A stretch of DNA of 63,997 nt, the filler included, from Olpidium bornovanus S191 (taxonomy: Eukaryota > Fungi > Olpidiomycota): assembly GCA_017911155.1 (NCBI GenBank). It is 25 parts of 25 records of this genome, joined end to end, with 100 filler letters (N's around TTAATTAATTAA, not from the genome) between each part and the next. Parts side by side here need not be neighbours in the genome. Positions count along the whole stretch, not along the records: positions 1 to 1,202 come from JAEFCI010008222.1; positions 1,303 to 3,010 come from JAEFCI010002407.1; positions 3,111 to 4,427 come from JAEFCI010010115.1; positions 4,528 to 5,799 come from JAEFCI010011875.1; positions 5,900 to 13,466 come from JAEFCI010006417.1; 20 more parts are not named here. One strand, written 5' to 3'. This document shows positions 1 through 11,938 of the stretch, one piece after another. The notes beneath the pieces were generated by a model. That model saw only the letters and a program-made list of their open reading frames with translations, made no database searches and was not told where the DNA came from. How positions within the stretch are numbered: position 1 is the first letter of the stretch; every line of letters starts with the position of its first letter. The position numbers were made by a program, and so were the translations under genes.

Positions 1-404
1 AGTTTCTACAAGCTTTTGGTTTGTTTTGTATGGCGTCGGCGTGCGGGATTTACAGGGGGAAGAAAGGAGGGATGATTCCCGCAGGAGTCTGCGCCACCGG
101 CTACGTCCGGCCCCCTTTTTTTCCAACAACCTCCCACCCCCCCCTCTCTCCAGCTCCTCGGGGTAAGCTGCCCCGCCGCTCGAGCACCACCGCGCAGCAA
201 GGGCCGCCGCCATCCCGTCTCTCCTGCCATCCCTTCCGAGATGGGCTTGTTCTCTCGACACCGGGACCGGGCGCGTGTGCGTGACACACGAGAGTTTCCA
301 GGGGGGACACGCGCGGGCCACACCGGCCACGCCGGCCCCACTGGCCACACCGGCCACCGTGCGTCCGTCAACACACTCTTGTGTGTGCGCGCCTGCAACC
401 CCCC

Positions 405-900
405 CCCCCCACTTTCCGGAACGGAAAGTTGTGAGGAGAAATTTTGCCGGAAAATTGTGACGGAAAAGATATTGCGCGGAGTTGGGACGGAAAAAGTGTC
501 AAGAAAAGTGTGTTGGAAAAAGTGTGTCAGGAAATGTGTGTCGGGAAAAGGGTGTCGGAAAAGGGGCGTTGGGAAAAGTGTGTCACGTAACGTGTGTTGG
601 GAAAAGTTGTGTCGGAAAAAGTGTGTCGTTGAAAGTTGCGTGGGCAAAAGTTGTGTCGGGAAAAGTGTGTCGCGCGAAAAGTTGTGTGCGCTTGAATTTA
701 CGCGGGAAAGCCGTGACGGACGCCTCGTTGTGTCAGCAAAAGTTTTGTCGCGAAAAGTGTCGCGCGAAAAGTTGTGAGCGCAAGCTTTGGCAGGAAAGCC
801 GTGACGGAAGCCTTGTTGTGTCGGCAGTTATGTCGCGAAAAGTGTGTCGCGCAAAAAGTTGTGTGCGCAAGCTTTGGCCGGCAAGCCGTGACAGAATCCG
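405..900. repeat. Degenerate array of GAAAAG(T)TGTGTCG-like units, ending in about 3 copies of a higher-order unit of roughly 90 bp
   Basis: The motif recurs many times. The block aaagtgtgtcgcgc(g/a)aaaagttgtg...aagccgtgac appears at about 661, 752 and 839. Confidence 0.85.
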
Positions 901-1063
901 CGCGGCAGATATGTGCGCCGGCAGACGGTCACGCCGAAGCCAAAAGAAACTTCCAACAGCTCGGCAAACATAAAGGGCCCGGCCGTTCTCCAAGAAAAAA
1001 ATCATCCCTCGGGAAAAAAAAAAGGAACAAAGAAAGACGAAAGACAAAGGGCAAAAAAAAAAT

Positions 1064-1202
1064 ATGGCGCTGCGACCAGAGCTTCCTACTGCCATCACAG
1101 CGGCGACTCAGGCCGTGAACAAGTATCGGAATGTCGCGGACACCTGGTGGTCGGACAACACCCGCAAAGGCTTGCAGGTTAAGCTTGAGGTGCGTGAGCA
1201 TG
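1064..1202 (+). CDS. 5' fragment of an unidentified protein (MALRPELPTAITAATQAVNKYRNVADTWWSDNTRKG...), cut by the contig end
   Basis: ATG follows an A-rich leader, composition is protein-like, and the frame stays open to the contig end. No family recognised with confidence. Confidence 0.35.
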
Positions 1203-1302
1203 NNNNNNNNNNNNNNNNNNNNNNNNNNNNNNNNNNNNNNNNNNNNTTAATTAATTAANNNNNNNNNNNNNNNNNNNNNNNNNNNNNNNNNNNNNNNNNN
1301 NN
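1203..1302. other. Artificial contig spacer (first of 24): 44 N + TTAATTAATTAA (stops in all six frames) + 44 N
   Basis: Identical 100-bp blocks at 1203, 3011, 4428, 5800, 13467, 15339, 18371, 20517, 22032, 28065, 29671, 31173, 34081, 35856, 38066, 39760, 44571, 48589, 50283, 51505, 54189, 56401, 58199 and 59750. Sequences on either side are unrelated. Confidence 0.99.
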
Positions 1303-2376
1303 CCCTCCTCTCGCCATCCCTTTGCCTCCACAGACACCAATGTACTTATATACTTACTTATATAGCGGCCATTCTCTCTGAACGATACCAACTTAATTTT
1401 TGTTTTTTTTTATCATAATCAAACCCCAGATAAAATCAGAAATAGCCCTCTTACACTGCCTCAAAAAACGCCAAACCCGAATTGCCCAAATTACAACACC
1501 CCTATTGAAAAATATTCTTTTTCATACATCCCGAATACACAAATGCATCATTTTGATATAATTATATCAAGCTTGAACACAAATAATTCCTCAACCACTT
1601 TTTACCGAATAAAACCTGTACAATTCAATTTTATTAATTTGGCTTGTATCAATGATTAATTTGGGTGCTGCTTAGGGGTGTCGTGGGTACAGCTGTCTTC
1701 GCAAACGGGCCGAATTAAGGGGCCAGGGATGAAGGTAGATAAATTGCGGCGAAGAAGGCGCAACAAATATCAAATGTTGGCAGGAGGAAGCGCCGCAGGA
1801 AGCGCGATGATGGTTTCCGGCAGCCCTTTACGAAAGAATTGGATCCCCCGGCAGGCTCTCTAAACGCATTTCGGTGCGCAGCAGCCTTGGGTTTGTCAAT
1901 CTCGCGACCGCAAAGCGCTCTTTCGAAACGGGCGATCGCGGTCAGACGACCGGCCTGATTCGCACGCCGTCTCATCGCACCGACGTCTTGTGGCCGCCCC
2001 TAACCCCCCCCCCCCCCCCCCCCCCTACATCGCGCGCACCCGCCCTGATACCACTGATAGCACAAGCGTGGTTCCGAACAGAGGAATTCACCCTCCACTT
2101 TTGAGGCGAAAGGGGCCAATGATCTTGCGCAATTAGCTGCGCCTTCACCGAAAATCTACAATGCCGCAAACAGGATATATTGCAGAAGCTGCACGTCAAA
2201 GGTCCTTTACCCGCCCCGTTGTCCATGGCCAGCGGCAGCCGACAGAGCAAAAGCGGTTGTTTTGCGTGTTACAGATTTGGTTCGATTCGGTTTTTTGGGG
2301 GGGTTTTTTTTTTCGCGGCTGCCTCTGGTTTCCGGGGAGGCGCGCGTTTCCGGGTCACGTGCCGGGACGCGCCCCG

Positions 2377-2455
2377 CCGCACCCGCACCCGCACCCGCAC
2401 CCGCACCCGCACCCGCACCCGCACCCGCACCCGCACCCGCACCCGCACCTGCACC
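2377..2455. repeat. (CCGCAC)n hexanucleotide microsatellite, about 13 copies
   Basis: Direct reading of the sequence. Confidence 0.95.
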
Positions 2456-3706
2456 CGCCGGGAACGAGGGCGCTGTGAAAGACGAGGAGGCGCAGGAAGA
2501 ACGCGGCCAAAGGGACAAAAAGACCGGCGGCGGCGGCGGCGGCCCGGCAGGAAGGAGGACGAAGCGGCCGAGGAAAGGAGCAGAGAAAACGGAGACGACT
2601 TGCGGGGGCGGAGGGAACGCGATCAGTGGGTTCCCCCCCCCACCCAACCCGCTCCGCCCGTTACGCAGAGGGGAGAAGCTGCCTTCGTGGTGTGCCTCAG
2701 TGCGCGGCGCCGGGCCGCTGCGAGGCTTACGCCACGCCCCCCACCGGTACAGCCTGCCCTGCGCGCGGCCGACGTTGGTCAGTTGCAGTCGTCCGCCGAT
2801 GCTGATCGCGCCAAGGCGAGCTCAAAAAAAGGTAGCGTGTAAAACCCCCCTGCGCCCGCCCTTCCCCTTTCCCCCGCCTGCTTCCGGCCCCGCCCCGCGC
2901 TCGCTGGCCCGCTGGCACGCTTCTCCGTCGGGGTGAGCTGCGCGCCAGGCCCCTTGGTGCCGTTTGCCACAGTCAAAAATACCGGAAGCGCTGTTGTGGC
3001 CTGTTTGAGGNNNNNNNNNNNNNNNNNNNNNNNNNNNNNNNNNNNNNNNNNNNNTTAATTAATTAANNNNNNNNNNNNNNNNNNNNNNNNNNNNNNNNNN
3101 NNNNNNNNNNCATGCGTGCTGGAACAGGCGGAAGCAGTAACAATTGGCCTCCCGCGGAATCTGAAGCTTTCTACTTACTTTCTGTGCGAGACCGCCATTT
3201 GCGGGCATTCGAGGCGTCAGGAGAGCTCACGGCGTATGTTACGGCGAGGGATCGCATCATGTTCGACTATGTAAGGGCCAGCTCCTTGGCGTAATACACG
3301 GCTCCTCGGCAAGTAGACGTTGCGCAAAAGCAGCGGGACCGTGCAACGATGAAGAGATTGTCGTCTCGTCGCATTTCACGCCGTCGGCAATCTCGGCGGG
3401 GGTCAGCATTACCTGGCAGTCGATAGGGGGGAAGGGGGGGGTGGGGTGGGACCACGCTGTGGCCAGACGTTAAACGATTTCGGCGGCGGAGGCAGACGGA
3501 ATTAGGCCCGGACGGAGTCAGCCGTGAGCGGTGCTGATCGGAATTAAGCCGGTTATCGGAAGTAATTTAGGCGACTAGAGGTGAGCACACAGAGAACGGC
3601 ACTCTGAAGTTGTCGTAGACCGTGGCCCTTTCGTCCATGTTTGTTGTGCAAGGAAGAAAATGGACGGCGCGCGACGCGGGGCGGTGCGTGACAGAGCCCC
3701 GTGGTG

Positions 3707-3866
3707 AAGGTTTTCTCATGCTGTCCCGGGACTGCTGCCCTGGGAGGTGGCACACGCGTCCGGTTGCGAGGCGAGGTTTCTTCTGCTGCCCTGGGAAATG
3801 GCACACGAGTCCGGTCGCGGGCAGAGGAAGGTTTCCTCTGCCGCCCTGGGATTGCACACGCGCGTC
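3707..3866. repeat. Imperfect tandem repeat, unit about 51-55 bp, about 2.5 copies
   Basis: ctgc(t/c)gccctggga...gcacacg starts at 3732, 3783 and 3838. Confidence 0.85.
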
Positions 3867-4364
3867 CTCCGGGGTTTGCAGGCGGTAGGAGGGACGCGGG
3901 GAGGGACGAGGGGGAAGAGGAGGCGGGATGCGGAGGCGGGGAGGCCCGGGGCTTTTATCCCCTCGGGGAGCGAGCCGGCGCGGGAGGGAGGGCCAGTGGG
4001 CGGGTTCCTCGTTTCCGCAACGGGATCACGTTTCTGCGATCGGTTTTGAATGCAGGCGTCTGTGATCCTCGGCCGGCCATAACCCGACCGGTTGTCGAAG
4101 CTGCGAGGCAAATCTCCCCGTCTCGCGGATGTCCACGGTTCGCGCGAGACCTCTCGAGGTTGCGCTTATCTCTTCGGCGGCCTGGCAACGATCGCCACCG
4201 TTTCCGTCTCGCCAGGATTACTTTCTGTAGTCGGGCGGGCAAAAAAGCGCGTGGACGCTTCCGACCGTCTGGCCGCCGCGCTCCTCTCCCCCCCGGGGGA
4301 CGCTCGGTTTTCCGGCGCGGCAGACCGCAGCCACGCCAGGACGAGGCGCGCGTCCCAGTAAACA

Positions 4365-4427
4365 ATGGGAAACAGCTCGAGCTCCGTGAAGAACGGCCAC
4401 CGCATCCCTGACCGCTTGAAGGCATGG
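4365..4427 (+). CDS. Probable first codons of an N-myristoylated protein (MGNSSSSVKNGHRIPDRLKAW), truncated
   Basis: ATG in good context (aacaATGG) and an MGxxxS myristoylation consensus. Only 21 codons are visible. Confidence 0.4.
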
Positions 4428-4554
4428 NNNNNNNNNNNNNNNNNNNNNNNNNNNNNNNNNNNNNNNNNNNNTTAATTAATTAANNNNNNNNNNNNNNNNN
4501 NNNNNNNNNNNNNNNNNNNNNNNNNNNCCCCCCCCCCCCCCCCCCCCACCCCCC

Positions 4555-4600
<46 letters not shown>

Positions 4601-4607
4601 AAGAAAA

Positions 4608-5558
4608 ATGACGGCCTGCGATGCCGAAGACAGGCCCGCGGCGGCCGCCGGGGCCATCCCGGGGAGCGAGGAGCACGGCCCCGCGCTTTGGGGGCGGCGG
4701 AAAGCGGGCGAGAAGGAACGGGACGGCCGACGGCCTTCGGGGGCGGAAGAGGAGGCGGAGGAGGCGGAGCCCGCGGGGAGCGGGAGCGGGAGCGGGAGCG
4801 GCGGCTGCGACGAAGGTCCCGGCGACGCTCCCGGCGACGCCGGCGCCGCCGCGCGGGCCGCCGCCCTCGCGGCGGAGGTGGCGGCTCTTGAGGCGACGCT
4901 GGCCTTGCTCAAGCGGGAGCTGGCGGGGGGAAAGAGCGGGGCGGCTTCCGCCGCCGCTGCCGGGACCACGTAAGCTTTCGCGGGGAAAACGCGGCCGCCC
5001 GACCTCCCCTCCCCCCTTCCCCCCCCCCTTCGCTTTCTCCTGGCATTTTCGAAGCAGGTCTCTCGCCCCTGGACGACCATTTCGTATAGTCGCCCGAAAC
5101 CCCGGACTTGAAACAACCCCGCGCTACACCGCCCCTTTCCCCCCCATTCCTCCTCCCCTTCCCTTCAACGCGATCCAACCGGCGGGGTGGGGGGGGGTTT
5201 TTTTTTGGCTGCTTCCCCTTCCCCGCCTTTCCCCTCCAGATTCGACCGCCGAGCCGAGCGGATCAAGCGTCTTCACGAATACAACGCCGTGAAGGTAAAT
5301 CGCGGGCGGAAATGTCACTTCGGCCTGCGGGGAAGGGGCGCACGAGCGCCGGGTCGAGCGGGGGAGGGGGGGTTGGGGAATCAATCACGCGCGGCGCGGA
5401 AGGTTCTTCCCCCCCCCCCCCTCCCCCACCGAGTGGGAAAACCGCGTTCGCGGTGTATGGTTTTCGAACGAAATAAACGTCCTGTCCGGCCGGCGATCAC
5501 CAACCAGGACGTCGCGCAAATGCTGATCGGGAAGCTCGCGGAAGCGGAGGGAACCACG
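4608..5558 (+). CDS. SWI5: Swi5/Sae3 family DNA recombination mediator, 3' end missing
   Basis: Exons 4608-4969, 5240-5294 and 5508-5558 with GT-AG borders and matching phases give ...FDRRAERIKRLHEYNAVK-DVAQMLIGKLAEAEGTT, matching the Swi5 signature LHEYNxxKDxxQxLxG. Confidence 0.88.
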
Positions 5559-5622
5559 GTACGAGCGCGCCCCTTCCCCGCAGCAGGTTCCGGTGGGGCG
5601 CGGAGGGGGGGGGGGGGGGGGT

Positions 5623-5653
<31 letters not shown>

Positions 5654-6369
5654 CGGGGGGTTTGCCTTCGCAATTTTTTTTTGTTTAATCCGGGTTATTA
5701 TTTTGTTGTTGTCCGAGTGAGAGAGAGAGCCGTTCCACGGTTTTGGCGTCCGCTTAGCTGGCGCATTGCAAAAAAAAAAAAAAAAAAAAAAACCTTTAAN
5801 NNNNNNNNNNNNNNNNNNNNNNNNNNNNNNNNNNNNNNNNNNNTTAATTAATTAANNNNNNNNNNNNNNNNNNNNNNNNNNNNNNNNNNNNNNNNNNNNC
5901 AACCATGGGCAAAGCACCATGGTCAACCATGGGCACAGCACGATGGGCAACCACCATGGTGTAGCGGTTGGGCAACGGTGGAGAGCATAAATAGCAAGCC
6001 TCACTCGTTGCAGGGTTTCTCTTCACACCTTCCCAAAAGAAAACCCCCAACACAAAGCTAAAGAAAAGGCGCCAAGTCGCAAATACTTTTTCCTGTTCTT
6101 GTACTTCTCTAATAAAAGCAAAAGGAAAGACTAAGACTCCTAAAAGCTGTCTACTTGCAATTATAAAACCCTCGGCAGCAGCTTCACCAGCGGACATCGG
6201 ACGTACGTCCAGCAGCCGAGTGAGCGTCAATGGAGATATCCTTCTGTCCCCCCGGAATGGAAATAGTGTGGGGGGAGGGTGTGTTGTGGTCGGTTCAGCA
6301 AAGAGCATGCGACGCTCCGGCGCGACGGTTGTGACAAAGCGGTACGCAAGGCATCACAATTTTTGATTA

Positions 6370-7070
6370 TTGATACGATCGCTCATCGCTTTGACGTGTG
6401 GTGGTCATCGCGTTCAAAAGTATCGCCAGATCCGGCACCGGCGTTCTCGTCGTTGAGAAATGTCGCATCAACGACGGCACCGACGGGTTTAGCCTCGTCG
6501 ATGACGCGTAAATGCCTGCACCGAGGCTCTTGCCGTTAATGAGTCTCAAATAAACGCACTGAACGGTTACGAGCACTTTGGGCTCTAACCGAAGGAGTGG
6601 GCCCCTTTTGAGGCCATTTTGTAATCTTTTTTTTTGTTTTTTTTTTTTTTTTCTTTTTTTTTTTTACTCGCTGACCTGAGGGCTGGCGCGGCTGGCTGTA
6701 ACGACCATTTGCGTGAGCCGCTTAGTAAGTTCCGTCGGCAAGGACACACCGAAGGACGTCGAAACGAATACAAGAGAGTGGAACCTGCAGAGCGAGGGAA
6801 AGTCGACTTCGCAGCTGTCCCTCTCCTGTTCGTATGGACGTTCTGCAGGACAACGCAGCGAGACCATCGAGCAGCAAATGAACTGAAAATGTGCCCACGA
6901 AGATCCTATCCTGCCGAGTACACAAGGCGCGCTTTCAGCGGTTTGACGGTCGTGGATACGAATGCGAAGAAGAGTGAGGGCGAGACGAAATTGCGTCGGA
7001 AAGGCAGAGTATGGGCATAGGAAAAGAATGCTTTTTACTTGTCTATGCGGATCCCACTGCCTGGCAGGTA
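6370..7070 (-). CDS. Possible multi-exon gene of unknown function, divergent from the carbonic anhydrase
   Basis: Several short AG/GT-bounded segments and a plausible last exon ([26 protein letters not shown]...SKR*). The model is unresolved. Confidence 0.3.
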
Positions 7071-7626
7071 CGTTAAACCGAAGGCAGATTTGGGGCGTGA
7101 GCGGTTGTGGGGGTGGGCGGAGGGGGTGCGGGGAGGGGGGGAATTTGGGGGGGAAGGGGAGGGGGTAAGCGGAGGCGAGAACGGGGAGCGGAAAGAGGGG
7201 CGCGTGGCGGCGGCGAGTCCCCGAACTCTCGACTACGCCCGAGCGAGCACAGGCGAGCCGCCTGCCGCAAGGGCTTTCTTGCCCGCCCCGCCGGAAGGGC
7301 GGCCGGGCAGGCTTCTCGTCTTCGGCGTGCAAGCGATGCCGGTCGGACACGCACGAAGTCGTTTTGCCGGCCGCCTCTCTGCCAAGGTCTTCTTCCAACC
7401 TGCCGTTTCCGGCGCTCCGCCTGCACCCCTTTCCGCCTCAGGAGGGGGGGCTTGCTTCTTTCCCTTTTCGGGCGCCCGTCGCCTTCCTTCCCTCCACCGA
7501 AACCGCGCGTGCCGCAGCAGCTCCTTCTCCTCCTGCTCCGCGGCCGCCGCCCGCCTCGATTCCGGCCGCCGCTGCGTCTCCGTCTCCGCCGCGCACTCCT
7601 GCGGGTTTTGCGACCGACTCGCCGCG

Positions 7627-8852
7627 ATGACGGCAATGGCTCCGACAACGCCGTGCGCGCCGACGCCGACTGCGAAACCGCGACCGATAACTACGACCTC
7701 ACTCCCGCCGGCGTCCGCCGGCGGCGAGAACGGAGCGTGCTCCGCCTTGTCGAGTGGGGACCCTGTGGACGCCATCTCGCCGCACCCCCGCGACGTCAAG
7801 TTTTCGGATCTCCTCGAGAACAACCGCCGCTGGGCCGCCCGCGTCGCGAGGGAGAGGCCCGGGTTCTTTGAGACGCTGGCTAAACAGCAGAACCCCGAGC
7901 TGATGTGGATCGGCTGCTCGGATTCGCGCGTGCCCGCGAACCAGCTTTTGAAGCTCCTCCCGGGAGAGGTGTTCGTTCACCGGTACGTTTGAAGCGCAGC
8001 GCGCCGTGGCGCCCCGAGTCGGAATGACAATTCCCGGCAGACCGCTGCGAGACGCGTGCCCGCGGCCGCGGTGTGGCGGCATCTCGCGGCCGCCCAGCGG
8101 TGACCTTGCCGACTTGCCCTGCCGGGCGTCTCGGACTCCACCTGCAGGAATATTGCCAACTGCGTCAACCACACCGACCTTAACGCCCTGAGCGTTCTCC
8201 AGTACTCGGTCGACGTACTGAAAGTGAAGCACATCATCGTGTAAGTGTTGGCGATGTCCATCTAAAAAATCTTTTGGTCGTTGCCGTTTTGCTGTGTCTG
8301 CGTGGCACGGCTTTTTCACGTTTCTCCTTCGGCTGGTTCTCGCAACCCAGTTGCGGACACTACGGGTCAGTTGTCATTGCCGATTCGCTGTTGGTTAGAT
8401 GTCACAAGAGAGGATTTCAAAACGGCTAACGTGGCGTTCCTGCGGATTTTGCGTTATGTGCGCATTTTTTGTCGCCCGGGGTTTGGCCCTCGAAAAGTTG
8501 CGGAGGGGTTGCTGCAGCAATGTCGAACCAGCAGTTTGGCCTGATTGACAACTGGCTGCGCGGTATCAAGGACGTGTACGACGTGCATAAGCACCAGATA
8601 GACAAGTACCCGGACCACCAGTCGAAGTTGGACCACCTCACCGAGCTAAACGTGGCGCGGTCGGTGGAGAACGTGTGCCACACCACCATCGTGCAGAACG
8701 CTTGGGCGCGCGGTCAGCAAGTCAGCGTGCACGGGTGGTGCTACCAGATCAAGACGGGAATAATCTGCGACCTTAAGATGTGTGTGTCCCAGCCTGAGCA
8801 GATCCGCGACATCTACAACGTCGTGACCCGCGAGGAGAGGAAAATAGATTGA
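7627..8852 (+). CDS. NCE103: Beta-class carbonic anhydrase (Nce103/Can-like); an upstream in-frame ATG at 7336 may be used
   Basis: Exons ..-7982, 8148-8240, 8351-8365 and 8498-8852 give [34 protein letters not shown] and HGWCY. The Zn ligands Cys, His and Cys are intact. Confidence 0.95.
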
Positions 8853-9179
8853 TGCTGCGAAGGGTTTGCGGCGATAACATTACGCTGATTATTTTGCATA
8901 CATTGGAAACGTTTTCCACGCCCATGTACAACGTCGAATATGCGTAAAATATGTGTCCCCCACTTGCAAGGGATTTTTATACAGCATACCGGTAAGCCAC
9001 GTGGCCCCCGATAAACATCTACTGAACCCCATTCAGGTAACGAAATCCCTCACAGCCCGTCAATCTGCTCCATAAAAACTGGTTTGTCATTCCAGAAAAT
9101 ACAGATACGCAGTAGTAAAGGTTGTCACTTTTAGTCCTTATCTGTGCTGGGCTGCGATTGGAAGGAGATGACGTAAATC

Positions 9180-11938
9180 AGTGAACGAGATAACAGGCAC
9201 CGAATTTTTCGAGAACTTGTTCCTGGTGTGGTCAATACCCCATGTCACACATCTGGCCATACTCTTATCGGTATTGCCGTACGGTTAAACAAGACTAGTC
9301 TGACGGAAAAGTTCAGGAGGGTATTTGCAGCTTTTACGCTTGCAGCAGAGCATTTGTATGCGGAGCCGAGGAGGCGTCGCCGTGGTAGATTGAGAAAACT
9401 CGGAAAAATCGGTGAAATGAACTATTGGCATAGATTCACTTTCGCTTTCGTCTCTCTGCCTTGATTTTCGTCCCGGCTTTGGCCCCTCTTTGGGCCAAAA
9501 TTGACCCTGCCGTCTCCGACCACAAGCGTCGTTGTCTTCACGAACAAAGACAAAAGGGACCCCCATCAAGAGGGCGAAGTCAGAATTCGATGGGGACGTC
9601 ACGCAGCTTGTCGAACCAGCATCGTGCAGCCTAGTGAAGTCCGTATAAAGCCTTGATGAGGCGGGGGACCATATTTGTCCTGCGACCTTGCCGGGAATTT
9701 TCGAAACGCTTAATTGGCGTAAGGTGGGTAAGCCTGTTCAGGTCAGGACTTAGATACGCGTTCCGAAAACCCGCACTACACAAATTCCCAGTCAAAAACG
9801 CAGCAATTGCAATTATTAAACGCAAAGAGGCGAAAGATGACATGGGACTCAAATCACATCGTAATCTAGTCCGGGCCGTTGCGAGAAACCTTGTGCCACG
9901 TGGGCGGGCCTTGCATTTGTTTGTTGTCCCGTCGGGGTTGAGAGTTGACTTTGTATAACCAACGAGACCTGATGGTGTGAACGGTATCCGGGGGCAGTAC
10001 AACAATGTCAACGCTGTGATCAACCAATGGCTGGAATTCTTTCTCCATTGCACGTGACCATTCTGCCGCATCTGGTCCTGTGACGGCTTTGGCGTAGGTC
10101 TGTGGTTCGATATGGACTTGCGGCAGTTCAGCGATTGGGGTGTCTGAGATGTCAGCCGGATCGTTCGGCAGATATGGCTCTGCCTGCGTATGCAAAGCGA
10201 GATCCGGCTCCAGCTGATTCAAATGTATGTCGGTGATAATTGGAGGTTTCTTTCGCGTGAAATTTTGATGAACACACGCTTGTGAAGCGATTTGTCAGCA
10301 GGTTTCCATGAATTCTCAGAATTTCCCTAACCCTTCTTGCACTTGACGAGGAAGTAATATCCGTGTACCAGATCATACTCATGGTCAAATGATTTTCTCA
10401 TCTTTATATTTTTCTCATTCGTCAGTCGCAATTGAGTCGAGCGGCGTGTCGAAATCCACGATGCCGTCAGGGCAATCCCAGTTTGACGGATGGTAAATTT
10501 GATTCGTGACAAAGCAAATATCATATCGTTAGAGAACGTCATTCATTTTTGAGTTTCAGAGCCTGCACCTTTTAGATCGTTCATTGTACTCTATAATGGC
10601 GGGCATCTTGCCGTCAAGAAAAAGTTTCTGTTGATGATCCTTTTCAAGGACGTATAAGTATGCTTAGCAACTAAAGACTTGGAGGTGATTTGATGTTCAT
10701 TAGTAGGATCGATCGCGAAAATGGAAAGGTTGCCGTGGAAGGAGCAAGGGGATTTGTTGCAAGTTTGAACAACTGTCTTCCAATTTTCCAGCCACAATGC
10801 GATGGGCAGATTCGAATAAAAAAATTGAAATCCTTGTTCATCAAGGTATTTAGTGAACACATTGGCAACGTATTCTCCTCCCTGATCTGCGCACGAGACT
10901 TTAATTTTGAAACCGGTAAGGCGTTCCATGAACCTTTGGATTACGGGAAATTTGGATAACGCAACAGCGGGGCGTTTAGAATCCACTGGCGGTACATAAG
11001 ACACCTGCTCACATTTTCAGGGAAAGTAATTGCCATTTTTGATCGGTCAATACCAATCAGAAAAGGTCCAATTTCGCCGGTGTGCCAGAGTACTATAAAT
11101 TTGTACGCTTTGGTAAACAGAGGGTGCGTGATGCGCGTTGATTTTGAGATGTAACAATGTTCACATATACTTAGTTTTTCTTTTGGTATGTCGATGCCAC
11201 GTAAGGTCGCAAATTCATGCAAAGGAAATTGTGGTCTGAGATGGCCGGATCTCGTGTGGACGATGTCAATGGATGGGGACATCGCTGTTGCGAGAGCGAG
11301 TCCCTCTGAAATTGTCGTTGTCGTGCGCTTAATCAAGAACGTAGAGAGATTTGTGGTCAAGGTGTCCTTTACCAGCAACAACTCTGTCACGACACAAGGT
11401 GCAAAGAAATCCGTATCGAAGACGGATTTAACTCCAAATTGTCCAATGAAGATCAGCGTGTGCCAAAGATGCGGTGAGTACAATGTGTTTTTTCATTGTA
11501 AGTGTGGTGACGGTACTGTTGATGCGCATCGTGCCTGCGCAGTTCGCACAAACTGCGTTCTTGAAAGTAGATCCAAAGAGGGCACGGGTGCTGGTCTTAT
11601 CGAGGTCGATGAGTTGCTCCAGCTCAGGGGTCACGTGATCGCTCGCGCAGGTGTCGAGGTGTGCTGGTCAGCGGCGCGTCGGGCAATGATCATATTGCTC
11701 AATAGAGTGAGCTTCTGTTTGCGTCTCAGAATGCCGTTATATTCGTTTTTAGTAATGACGATAACGGTGTCATTTTTGTAGTCATCAGGGGTCGTAGCGG
11801 TAGCAGCAGCAGGTCAATTCTGCGGACCTGGTTGTTGTCGCCGCTGATATCACTGTTCAACCGTCTGTTGGGGTTCTGAGTGCAGCGGCCTCCGAGGTGA
11901 CCCTTTTGCGCGCAAATGCGGCATAATTGCATCGACAT
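9180..11938 (-). mobile_element. Degenerate Ty1/copia LTR-retrotransposon gag-pol remnant
   Basis: Domain order is copia-type: Zn knuckle CRICAQKGHLGGRC, protease HLDTCASDHVTP, GAG-pre-integrase HTRSGH...CEHC, integrase TGFKIKVSCADQGGEY, RT EPQTYAKAV...W..AMEKE and LIKALYGL. Many stops and frameshifts. Confidence 0.92.

Noticed and set aside
241-973. Cys/Lys-rich ORFs 241-777 and 482-973 as metallothionein-like or keratin-associated proteins
   Set aside because: All frames give similar text because of the GAAAAGTGTGTC array, with no frame preference.
1247-1258. TTAATTAATTAA recurring 24 times as a possible biological motif
   Set aside because: It is always centred in exactly 44+44 N, so it is an assembly spacer.
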